A DNA stretch of 29,882 nucleotides from positions 1 through 29,882 of the forward strand of contig JBDZWC010000024.1 of NCBI GenBank assembly GCA_040256005.1. The letters run 5' to 3'. Positions 18,128 to 26,155 of this stretch are shown here, piece after piece (the first letter of the stretch is position 1; every line of letters begins with the position of its first letter). A model generated the notes under the pieces. That model made no database searches. It saw only the letters and a list, made by a program, of their open reading frames with translations, and had not been told where the DNA came from. The translations under genes and the position numbers were made by a program. The stretch is from Deinococcaceae bacterium. GTDB taxonomy: Bacteria; Deinococcota; Deinococci; Deinococcales; Trueperaceae.

Positions 18128-18318
18128 ACAGGTTCCTCTCTCTCCAACCAGCGGATGGCGCCCGTTGGACAGGCGGCCATCGCGTCCAGCACCGTCTCGT
18201 CGGCCGCGATCGGCCGCTCCTCTGCCAACATGCCGGGGGCGTACTCCTCGCACACCTCGCATCTGATGCATCTGTCTTCGTCCACGTACACGAGACTGGG
18301 TCGCAGCGGGGTGCTCAT
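18124..18318 (-). CDS. Single-cluster Fe-S ferredoxin
   Basis: CxxCxxC (CIRCEVC) plus distal CP (CPTGAI); 64 aa; ATGA overlap with the cupin gene. Confidence 0.88.
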   Translation of the reverse strand: MSTPLRPSLVYVDEDRCIRCEVCEEYAPGMLAEERPIAADETVLDAMAACPTGAIRWLEREEPV

Positions 18319-18668
18319 CCTTGGTCACCCACTGACTTCTGAGGCCTGGGCTTCCGTTCCGCCAGTCGCCTCACCCCCAGCACGGTGAACGTGCCCTGTC
18401 CTGCGATCAACGACTTGTCTTCGCCCGGCATGACGTGCACGACGTCGCCCGCCTGCACCCTGTGGGTGCTCGTGCCCTCACGCACGGAACCGTCGCCGTC
18501 GAGGACCGTGAACACCGTCTCGGCTTCGTCTCCCTGCGGCGCCACGAGCGTCTGACCCGACTGCAGGCACAACAGCATCACCGCCAGGCCGGTGCCCATG
18601 CTGAGCGGCCGTGGGACCGGGCCGTGCTCGGAGAAGCGGCGCTGCTCGAGCGGCTTCAGGAGCGGCAT
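18315..18668 (-). CDS. Cupin-domain protein
   Basis: Beta-barrel pattern ETVFTVLDGDG…VQAGDVVHVMPGE. TGATG overlap at 18668. Confidence 0.75.
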   Translation of the reverse strand: MPLLKPLEQRRFSEHGPVPRPLSMGTGLAVMLLCLQSGQTLVAPQGDEAETVFTVLDGDGSVREGTSTHRVQAGDVVHVMPGEDKSLIAGQGTFTVLGVRRLAERKPRPQKSVGDQG

Positions 18669-18934
18669 CAGGCCCTCGTCTCCGTCGCCGGCTCCCCCTC
18701 GAACAGCGCCTGCAGCTCCGCCAGCAGCGCTTCCTCGGTCTCCTCCGAAAGACCCCGGATGCGGACCGCCTGGCCCAGGTCGACAGTGTGGGCCAGCACC
18801 TTGCGCAGCGCGGGCTGCCTGAGGGGCCCGAAGCCGTGCTTCACGAGCACGTCGAGGCACCTGGCGTCGGCCGCCAACAGGTCGGACACGCGCGTCCCCA
18901 ACAGCTCGGCCTGCGTCCAAGGGGAGGTCCGCAT
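18668..18934 (-). CDS. DUF1858-like small protein
   Basis: VSDLL…LDVLVKHGFGPL..P.LR…TVDL.QA…LLAEL pattern, recognised by eye. First gene of the leftward operon. Confidence 0.65.
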   Translation of the reverse strand: MRTSPWTQAELLGTRVSDLLAADARCLDVLVKHGFGPLRQPALRKVLAHTVDLGQAVRIRGLSEETEEALLAELQALFEGEPATETRA

Positions 18935-18940
18935 GGCGGG

Positions 18941-19012
18941 ATGGTCTCACGTCCGGCCGTGGCGCTCCCATGACGCAGGTCAAGGTGCCACCGCCGCGGG
19001 CGGACCTAACGT
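18941..19012. promoter_or_regulatory. Divergent promoter pair with a central Crp/Fnr-type box ATGAC-GCAG-GTCAA (18970-18983)
   Basis: TGAC-N4-GTCA palindrome resembles TTGAT-N4-ATCAA. -10 TAACGT (19007-19012, +) and GACCAT (18946-18941, -) each lie 6 nt from a start codon. Confidence 0.75.
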
Positions 19013-19018
19013 GAGCGC

Positions 19019-19243
19019 GTGCGCGAGGTCTTCTTGGACAACCGCGGACTACAGCCACCCGAGCCGATGGTCAGGACGTTGGGGCAGCTAGCCGAGCTGG
19101 ACCCCGGCGACGTCCTGACGATCCACAACGACCGGGTGCCGGTCTACCTGCTCCCGCAGCTCCTCGACGAGGGCGCGGCCTACGAGGTCGAGGAGCTGCC
19201 AGACGGCAGTGCCAGGGTCCGCATCGTCAAGGGGAGCCCTTGA
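19019..19243 (+). CDS. DUF2249 (SirA/TusA-like fold) protein
   Basis: LDNRGLQPPEPM…IHNDRVPVYLLPQL…RVRI. The TusA CPxP cysteine is absent. Confidence 0.82.
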   Translation: MREVFLDNRGLQPPEPMVRTLGQLAELDPGDVLTIHNDRVPVYLLPQLLDEGAAYEVEELPDGSARVRIVKGSP

Positions 19244-20541
19244 TGCCCCCGCGGGGAGCCACCGGCGGGGCCCATCCCCTGTTGCCCGTCTTCGCCCTGC
19301 TGGGAGGCGCGTCAGCCCTCGTGATAGGCACCGCCTGGCTCCTCTCGGTTCCGCAGGTCCTTCCCGGGTTCCTCGGCTCCCCGTCAGCCGTGGCGCTGAC
19401 GCACGTCTTCACCCTGCTGTTCGTCTCTCTGGTCTACCTGGGCACGCTCCAGCAGCTACCCGCGGTCCTGTTGGTGACCGACCTGGCCTGGCGCGGCTCC
19501 GGCTGGTTCAGCTTGCCCGTCTTCGCCGGCGGTGCCACCCTGCTCGTGTGGGGCTTAGCCTCCGGCTTCCGACCCACCCCGCTGGCGGTAGGAGGGTCAG
19601 CCGTCGTGGCGGCGCTCGGGATGGCCGCCGCCCAGGTAATCGCGACCGCGCTCAGGAGCCCACCCAAGGACCCGGCCAGCCGCGGCTTGGTGGCCGCCGT
19701 GTGCTACCTGTTCCTCACCGTGGCGTTGGGCCTACTGTTGGCCGCCGCGCGCACCTCTGCTGGCGTGGCGACTGCGGTGGGCTACCCGGCGGCGCTGCAC
19801 CAGACGACCGGGATCGTCGGGGCGTTCATGCTCGGCATCGCGACGTCGGGCCACAAGCTGTTGTCCATGTTCGCGCTCTCCAAGGGCGGCGCCGTCTGGA
19901 GGCTGAGAGTCGCCACCTACCTGACGCACGGGGTGATGGCTGCATCGGTACTGGCCGCGGTGGCGCCCGTCTTCGGCGGTTCGCCGGCTCTGTCCCGCGT
20001 CGCTGGCCAGCTCGCCGTCCTGCTCGTCGCCGTGGTCGCGGCCCTTCAGTTCTTCGAGGTGGGAGCCCTGCTGAGGAGGCGACTGCGCAAGAGGCTGGAG
20101 GCGCCGGTCGAGCGCTACGTCCTAGCCCACGCGTTCCTGCCCTTCGCCGGCCTGATGTACGCCGTCGGTTGGCGGTCCGCCGCCGTCGTCGCCCTGCTGC
20201 TCGGCTTCGTGGGGTTGGCGGTGAGCGGCATGCTGATCAAGATCCTCTCGTTCCTCACGTGGACGCGCGCGTTCGGATCCACGCGGACCGCCGGCGCGCC
20301 GCCGCCGCTGCTGCGCGACCTCACGCGTCCATGGTTGGAGCCGGTCATCACCGCCGGTCTGTGCCTGGGCGCGCTGGCGGCGACCATGGCCGTGGCGACG
20401 GGCTCGCTGCTCACGGCTCGTCTCGCTGCTTCCGCGCTGTTGGTCGGCGCGGTCGCGCAGTTGGCACAGGCCGCCACGATCGTCGGCCGCACGTTGGCGC
20501 GGCGCGTGGGTCCGGCCACGGCAGTGGTGACCACCAAGTGA
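19240..20541 (+). CDS. ~12-TM heme-copper-oxidase-homology / NnrS-like membrane protein
   Basis: Three related units: THVFTL…LGTLQQLPAV, LHQTTGIVG…GHKLLSMF and LLGFVG…GMLIKILSF. Start is TTG 19240 or ATG 19243, both overlapping the upstream stop. Confidence 0.7.
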   Translation: MMPPRGATGGAHPLLPVFALLGGASALVIGTAWLLSVPQVLPGFLGSPSAVALTHVFTLLFVSLVYLGTLQQLPAVLLVTDLAWRGSGWFSLPVFAGGATLLVWGLASGFRPTPLAVGGSAVVAALGMAAAQVIATALRSPPKDPASRGLVAAVCYLFLTVALGLLLAAARTSAGVATAVGYPAALHQTTGIVGAFMLGIATSGHKLLSMFALSKGGAVWRLRVATYLTHGVMAASVLAAVAPVFGGSPALSRVAGQLAVLLVAVVAALQFFEVGALLRRRLRKRLEAPVERYVLAHAFLPFAGLMYAVGWRSAAVVALLLGFVGLAVSGMLIKILSFLTWTRAFGSTRTAGAPPPLLRDLTRPWLEPVITAGLCLGALAATMAVATGSLLTARLAASALLVGAVAQLAQAATIVGRTLARRVGPATAVVTTK

Positions 20542-20873
20542 CCACAGAGACCGTTTTGATCGAGCTGGATCCGGCGGTGCCGGCAAGCGAAGTTCTGGAA
20601 GCTCTCAAGGTCGTGATCGACCCCGAGCTGGGCGTCGACGTCGTCAACCTCGGCTTGGTCTACGAGGTCAAGGTAGAGGGCGACGCCGCGCACGCCCGCT
20701 TGACGTTGACCACGCCCGGGTGCCCGTTGCACGCCAGCATCGAAGCTCAGGTCGTCGCCTGTCTCGAGGCCGTGCCCGGCATCCGGCACGGCTGCGTCGA
20801 GTTGGTGTGGGACCCTCCGTGGACACCCATGTCCATGACCGACGAGGGCAAGCGCCAGCTCGGGTTCTTCTGA
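20538..20873 (+). CDS. Metal-sulfur cluster assembly factor, SufT/PaaD (DUF59) family
   Basis: VIDPELGVDVVNLGLVY, LTTPGCP and VWDPPWTP motifs. GTGA overlap. Confidence 0.92.
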   Translation: MTTETVLIELDPAVPASEVLEALKVVIDPELGVDVVNLGLVYEVKVEGDAAHARLTLTTPGCPLHASIEAQVVACLEAVPGIRHGCVELVWDPPWTPMSMTDEGKRQLGFF

Positions 20874-20951
20874 AGCAGGGACGGCCGGGCCGCGGCACGA
20901 TGCGGTCCGCCCGGGACAGCGGTGGATCTCGCGGCGCGACGCCCTGCGCGG

Positions 20952-21629
20952 TTAGCGGCCGGCCGACTCGGCGATGCTCCGCAACGCGTTCGCGTCCACC
21001 GAGACGATCCGCCTCCCCTCCATCCTGACGGCGCCGCTGGCGTGTAGCCGCGACAGGTTGCGGCTCACCAGCTCGGGCACGGTGCCCAGACGCGCCCCGA
21101 TGGCGCCGTTCGTCTCGAGGTCGAACGGCAAGGTCTGCGACGCTTGCCTGAGCAGGTACGCGGCGAGCCGGTGCTGGACCTCCTGGAACGAGATCTGCTC
21201 GACGAGGTCCACCAGTCGCCTGAGGTTGCGACCCAGCGAGCGCATCAGGTGGAGCGCGATCGCGGGGCGGCGATACAAGGTGGCCACGAAGCTCTCGTGC
21301 TCGATCACGACCAGCTCGGTGTCCGTTAGCGCCTGGGCGTTCGCCGGGTACGGGCCGCCGTCCAGTGCCACGAGCTGGGCCACCGCGCCGTACTCGCGCT
21401 CGTGATGGAGCAGCAGCTCCCTGCCGCTGGCCGGCGAGATCAGGAACACCTTGACCTCACCTTCGGCGATGACCATCAGGCCCTGGGACGGGTCGCCAGC
21501 CAAGAAGAGCGTCTCCCCGGCCCCGAAGGAGCGTCTTATGGCCCTGTCGGCTAGGGCTCTGACGTCCTCGTCCGGCAGCCCGGCGAGCAGCGGGCACCGG
21601 GCCAAGACGTCGAAGTCTGACGGCTTCAT
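20952..21629 (-). CDS. Crp/Fnr family transcriptional regulator (no FNR Cys cluster; Dnr/HcpR-like)
   Basis: cNMP-binding-like domain (GETLFLAGD, GEVKV, YPANAQA), RLAAYLL, and HTH recognition helix GTVPELVSRNL (ExxSR). Confidence 0.92.
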   Translation of the reverse strand: MKPSDFDVLARCPLLAGLPDEDVRALADRAIRRSFGAGETLFLAGDPSQGLMVIAEGEVKVFLISPASGRELLLHHEREYGAVAQLVALDGGPYPANAQALTDTELVVIEHESFVATLYRRPAIALHLMRSLGRNLRRLVDLVEQISFQEVQHRLAAYLLRQASQTLPFDLETNGAIGARLGTVPELVSRNLSRLHASGAVRMEGRRIVSVDANALRSIAESAGR

Positions 21630-21763
21630 GCGCCCAAACTAACGCCCTGGACCGTTACGGCCACGCACGCGAGCAGGGGTAACATGGCCGGCGTCCTTGA
21701 CAGGGGCGCCGCTTCCCGTTCCCGGGCGGTCCGCTCCGGGACGGCGAGGAGTCTTTAGCCCCG

Positions 21764-23026
21764 ATGGCGTCTAGCTGGCAACGCACCGTGACGGTGATGT
21801 TCCTCGCCCAGCTGCTGGCGTCCCTCGGCTTCTCGACGATCTTCCCCTTCCTCCCGGCCTACGTGGAGGACCTGGGCAGCACCACCGGCGGCTCGACGGT
21901 GTTCTGGGTGGCCGCCGTCTACTCGGTGCAGGCGATCGCGATGATGATCGCGTCGCCAATCTGGGGCGCCGTCGCGGACCGCTACGGCCGCAAGCCCATG
22001 GTCATCCGCTCGCTCATCGGCGGGGCGGTCCTCGTCGTGCTGATGGGCTTCGTCAGGAGCTCAGAGGAGCTCGTCGCCGTCAGGCTGCTCCAGGGTCTCG
22101 TGACAGGTGTGGTCTCGGCCTCGTCCTCCATGGTCGCTGCTTCCGTGCCCCGCGAGCGGCTGGGCTTCGCCATGGGTTTGATGCAGACAGGACAGTGGGC
22201 CGGCATCTCGGTCGGACCGATAGTCGGCGGCTTCCTCGAGTACCTGGTCGGCATCCGCATGTCGTTCATCGTCACCGGGGTGCTGCTGTCGATCGGCGGG
22301 CTACTGGTCATCTTCTTCGTCCAGGAGCGGTTCGAGCCGCCGGCACGGGAGAAACGCCTCGTCGGCGCCATGTTCAGCCAGTGGGCCATCGTAATGCGTT
22401 CACCCGGGGTGCCGCTGACGTACCTGATGAGGTTCACGGCGTGGCTCGGCCGCACGATGATCATGCCGTACCTGCCGCTGTTCATCGCCACCTTGCTGGT
22501 GAGCGACGAGCTGGCGAGCATCTACACCGGGGTCGCGATCGGCGCCGCCTCGTTCGCCGGCACGATCAGCGGCGTGGCCCTCGGCCGGCTCGGCGACCGC
22601 GTCGGTCACCGCAAGGTCCTCATCGCATCCGCGGTGGCGACGGCGGTCTTCTACGCCCCCATGGCCCTGGTCCAGAACGTCTGGCAGCTCATCGCGCTGA
22701 ACGTGCTGGTCGGCTTCGCGGTGGGCGGCGTGCTGCCAGCCGTGTCGGCGATGCTGGCGAGGTTCACCGACCCGTCGATGTCGGGCTCGGTGTACGGCCT
22801 GGACAACTCGGTGGGAGCGGCGTCCCGTGCGTTCGCGCCCGTGATAGCCGGCGCGATCATCGCGCTGACGACGACCGGGGCCGAGCCCAACTACCGCGAT
22901 ATCTTCCTCGTCACCGCGGTCCTCTTCGCGGTGACGGCCGGCCTGGCTGCCTGGCGTCTGCCGCGGTACGTCGACGCCGCCAACGCGCCGGTTGCCACGC
23001 GGTCTCCCGCACCCGGAGACGGGTAG
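21764..23026 (+). CDS. MFS drug:H+ antiporter-like transporter (MdtG/DHA1-like)
   Basis: Motif A WGAVADRYGRK and GRLGDRVGHRK; RLLQG; GP.VGG; about 12 TM. Confidence 0.88.
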   Translation: MASSWQRTVTVMFLAQLLASLGFSTIFPFLPAYVEDLGSTTGGSTVFWVAAVYSVQAIAMMIASPIWGAVADRYGRKPMVIRSLIGGAVLVVLMGFVRSSEELVAVRLLQGLVTGVVSASSSMVAASVPRERLGFAMGLMQTGQWAGISVGPIVGGFLEYLVGIRMSFIVTGVLLSIGGLLVIFFVQERFEPPAREKRLVGAMFSQWAIVMRSPGVPLTYLMRFTAWLGRTMIMPYLPLFIATLLVSDELASIYTGVAIGAASFAGTISGVALGRLGDRVGHRKVLIASAVATAVFYAPMALVQNVWQLIALNVLVGFAVGGVLPAVSAMLARFTDPSMSGSVYGLDNSVGAASRAFAPVIAGAIIALTTTGAEPNYRDIFLVTAVLFAVTAGLAAWRLPRYVDAANAPVATRSPAPGDG

Positions 23027-23035
23027 CACCGCGCG

Positions 23036-23064
23036 TTGACTCTGGGTCCTTGCCTGGCTATGTT
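23036..23064 (+). promoter_or_regulatory. Sigma70-type promoter of the thiB leader
   Basis: TTGACT (23036-23041), 17-nt spacer, TATGTT (23059-23064), directly before the riboswitch. Confidence 0.7.
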
Positions 23065-23070
23065 CGGGTC

Positions 23071-23160
23071 GTCACCAGGGGTGCCAACGACCCAGGCGGT
23101 CGGAGGCTGAGATCAGACCCTAGAACCTGACCCCGGTAATGCGGGCGGAGGGAGCGTGGC
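23071..23160 (+). ncRNA. TPP riboswitch (THI element)
   Basis: GGGGTGC…GCTGAGA…ACCC…GAACCTGA…GGTAATGC…GGCGGAGGGA, upstream of a thiamine-binding protein gene. Confidence 0.92.
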
Positions 23161-23215
23161 GCGCGGACCCGACCTCGGGACCGTAGGCGTCCGACCGGTG
23201 ACTGGGAGGACGTGG

Positions 23216-24328
23216 ATGAGATCCACACTTGGCAAGCTGTTGGTATGTGCGCTCCTGGCGGCGCTGCCCTTCGCGGCGGCGCAGCGGCTGCGCGTGATGA
23301 CCCACGACTCGTTCTCACTGCCCACCGAGCTGGTGGAGAGGTTCGAGACCCAGACTGGTATCGACGTCGTGTTCATCTCCGGGGGTGACGCCGGCGAGGC
23401 ACTCAACCGGGCCATCCTCACGCGCAACCGGCCCATCGCGGACGTGCTCTTCGGGGTGGACGGCGCGCTGCTGGAGCGTGCCCGTGGCGCCGGCGTGTTC
23501 GAACCCTACGAGAGCCCCGCGCTGGCACGGGTCCCGCCTCACCTCAGGCTCGCGTCCGACCACCTGGTGACCCCGGTCGACGTCGGGTACATCGTCCCGA
23601 ACGTCGATATCCAGGCGCTGGGGCAGGCGGGTCACGCGCCCGAGGACGTCTCTCTGCCCGGCCTGGCCAGCGAGGAGCTCGCGCCCCTCACCGTGGTGAT
23701 GAACCCGGCGACCTCTAGTCCCGGCCTGGGGTTCCTGCTGGCGACCGTCCGCTACTTCGGCGACGCACGAGCCGGCATCGAACCGGCAGCGGCAGATGAG
23801 GCACGCGGCGGCATGGGCGACTGGCTGGACTTCTGGGCCGCGCTCGCTGATGGAGGCACCCTCGTCACGGACGGCTGGACGGACGCCTATTACACGGCGT
23901 TCAGCCGCTACGGCGGCGACAGGCCCATCGTCGTCAGCTACGCCACCTCGCCGCCCGCCGAGGTGATCTTCGCGGAGCAACCGTTGAACGCCGCGCCCAC
24001 GGCGAACCTGACCTGCGACGGTTGCGCCTACCGACAGGTCGAGGGGGTCGGGATCCTGGCGGGGACGTCGGAGCGCGCCGCCGCAGAAGCGTTCATCGAG
24101 TTCCTCCTCTCGGCCGATGTGCAGGCCGCCATCCCGCTGGAGATGTTCGTGGCGCCGGTGGTCGAGGGCACCCCGGTACCGGAGGAGTTCGAGCTCTACG
24201 GCACGCTGCCGGAGTCGGCCGTGGCCGAACCGCTGGACCCCGCCGTCATAGCCGAGAACCAGGAGCGGTGGCTGTCGCAGTGGACCGCGGTGGTGCTACA
24301 GGGCAGGGAGCCGGACTCGGTGCGCTGA
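23216..24328 (+). CDS. thiB: Thiamine ABC transporter substrate-binding protein
   Basis: Signal peptide; THDSF, GDAG, ADVLFGVD, TSSPGLGFL, GWTDAYY, SYATSP and RQVE motifs; GGGAGG RBS; TPP riboswitch upstream. Confidence 0.92.
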   Translation: MRSTLGKLLVCALLAALPFAAAQRLRVMTHDSFSLPTELVERFETQTGIDVVFISGGDAGEALNRAILTRNRPIADVLFGVDGALLERARGAGVFEPYESPALARVPPHLRLASDHLVTPVDVGYIVPNVDIQALGQAGHAPEDVSLPGLASEELAPLTVVMNPATSSPGLGFLLATVRYFGDARAGIEPAAADEARGGMGDWLDFWAALADGGTLVTDGWTDAYYTAFSRYGGDRPIVVSYATSPPAEVIFAEQPLNAAPTANLTCDGCAYRQVEGVGILAGTSERAAAEAFIEFLLSADVQAAIPLEMFVAPVVEGTPVPEEFELYGTLPESAVAEPLDPAVIAENQERWLSQWTAVVLQGREPDSVR

Positions 24329-24355
24329 CCGCCGGTCCGGCTCCCTCGAGATGCT

Positions 24356-26155
24356 TCACGCCACGGCAGCGGGGTCCCGCGTTCCCGGCGGTCTCTCGTC
24401 GCTGCCCAACAGGCCGGCCAGGTCGGGGGACAGCGACATCACCTCGGACAACGTGCCGCTGGCCACGACCCTCCCTTCGTCGAGGACGATGACCTTGTCC
24501 GCACGCTCGAGGGCGGCCCTCCGGTGCGAGACGACGAGGCAGGTCGCGTCGCGGTCGGCGAACAGGCCGTCCCACAGGCGGCGCTCCGTCTCGACGTCGA
24601 GGGCGCTCGACAGGTCGTCGAAGACGAGCAGGTCGGCGCCGGTCAGGAACATGCGAGCCGCGGCGGCGCGCTGGACCTGACCGCCGGAGAGACGCACTCC
24701 GCGCGTCCCCACCTCGGTCGCGAGGCCGTGGTGGAGCTGTTCCACGTCGGGTGCCAAGACGGCGAGGTCGAGGGCCTGCTTCACCTCCTCCGGGCTGGCG
24801 TCGCCGCCGAGCAGGATGTTCTCCTCGAGGCTGTCGGAGAACAGGCGCGGCACCTGGCTGGTGTACGCGGTGCGGGGAGGCACCAGGAAGGACGCCGCGT
24901 CTTCCACCACCACGCCGTTCCATCTGATCGTCCCGCCCGTCTTGGGCAGTAGGCCCAGGAGCACGCGCAGGAGCGTGCTCTTGCCCGATCCCACGCGGCC
25001 CGTCACGACCACGAACTCGCCACGGCGCACCGTGAACGAGACGTCCTGGACCCCCTCCTCGGCGCCCGGGTGGCTGTACGACAGCCCCTCCACCGACAGC
25101 TCCTGCAGCGGCTCGGAGCGTTCGCCGCGGGACATGTACGCCGGCTGCTCGCGCTCGAGGTCGTAATCGTGCGGCTCGATCAGGCTCTCCACCGGGGCGT
25201 CGACCATCATCTTGCCCAGACGCTCGTAGGCCACGCCCGTACGCTTGTGCTGCACGAACATCAGGCCGATGAACGTCATGATGCCCGTGAGGCGCGGCAG
25301 GTAGGTGACGAACAACGCGAAGTCGCCCACGGTGAAGCTGCCGTCCCGGAGGGCGGCGGCTCCGACCAGGAGCACGACGCCGGTGGCGACGTTCACCATG
25401 TTGTCGGTAACGCTCCGGAACAGCTCCGTGAGGACAGTGTCCTTGAGCGCGCGTTGTCGCCTGGCCTCGTTCAGGCCGGCGAAGCGGGCCAGGACGCTAC
25501 CCTCGCGCCCCGACGCTTTGACCGCCTGCACGCTGCCGAAGGTCTCGCCCAGGAAGTCGGTGACGCGGCTCGTGGCCTCGCGCGAGGCCCGACGGGCGTT
25601 GCGGATGTGCGGCCTGAGCAGGTTGGTGAGGCCCAGGGTGAGGACGAGCGGCACACACGCCAGCAGCGTGAGCACCGGGTTGATGAACGCCATGATCGTC
25701 AGCGCCACCACGGCGTATGCCGCGAAGCCCCAGAAGTCCACCCAGTTCTCGACGTACTCGCCGATGTCGTTGACGTCGTCGCGGAAGCGCGTCACGGACT
25801 CGCTGGGCGACTCCGGTAGACGCCGGGAGCCCGGCGCCGTGAGCAGGTGCCTGAGGATGTTGTGCCGCAGGTGCAGCGTGATCTCCACCCAGTAGGTGGC
25901 CCACGCCCTGATGGCCGCGACGAACACGCCGATACGGCCTATGTCGAGGGCCAGCGCCAGCGCCAGGAACGTCCAGGCGCTGGCGCCAGCGGGTGCCGAG
26001 CCGGAGAGGGAGTCGAAGACACCCTTCGTCAGCACGCCCGTGAGCACGGGCAACACATGGATCAGGGCCCACAGTGCGCTGGAGCCTACGAACAGCCAGG
26101 ATCGCTGTCGCACCAGCCCGAGCGTGAGCCTCAGTGGGTTCGTCGCGAAGTTCAT
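24356..26155 (-). CDS. Heterodimeric ABC exporter subunit (TMD+NBD, degenerate Walker B)
   Basis: GRVGSGKS, LSGGQ and Walker B LLVFDD (catalytic Glu replaced by Asp). ATGA overlap with the partner gene. Confidence 0.9.
   Translation of the reverse strand: MNFATNPLRLTLGLVRQRSWLFVGSSALWALIHVLPVLTGVLTKGVFDSLSGSAPAGASAWTFLALALALDIGRIGVFVAAIRAWATYWVEITLHLRHNILRHLLTAPGSRRLPESPSESVTRFRDDVNDIGEYVENWVDFWGFAAYAVVALTIMAFINPVLTLLACVPLVLTLGLTNLLRPHIRNARRASREATSRVTDFLGETFGSVQAVKASGREGSVLARFAGLNEARRQRALKDTVLTELFRSVTDNMVNVATGVVLLVGAAALRDGSFTVGDFALFVTYLPRLTGIMTFIGLMFVQHKRTGVAYERLGKMMVDAPVESLIEPHDYDLEREQPAYMSRGERSEPLQELSVEGLSYSHPGAEEGVQDVSFTVRRGEFVVVTGRVGSGKSTLLRVLLGLLPKTGGTIRWNGVVVEDAASFLVPPRTAYTSQVPRLFSDSLEENILLGGDASPEEVKQALDLAVLAPDVEQLHHGLATEVGTRGVRLSGGQVQRAAAARMFLTGADLLVFDDLSSALDVETERRLWDGLFADRDATCLVVSHRRAALERADKVIVLDEGRVVASGTLSEVMSLSPDLAGLLGSDERPPGTRDPAAVA

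Noticed and set aside
19240..20541. True cytochrome c oxidase subunit I or NorB
   Set aside because: It lacks the six-His set (no HPxVY, HH or HxH motifs), and no partner subunit II/NorC is nearby.
19209..20873. 554-aa ORF ending in a DUF59 domain
   Set aside because: The N-terminal ~440 aa is an Arg/Gly-rich off-frame read of the membrane gene. The real gene starts at GTG 20538.
20952..21629. O2-sensing [4Fe-4S] FNR
   Set aside because: It has only one cysteine; the FNR cluster ligands are absent.
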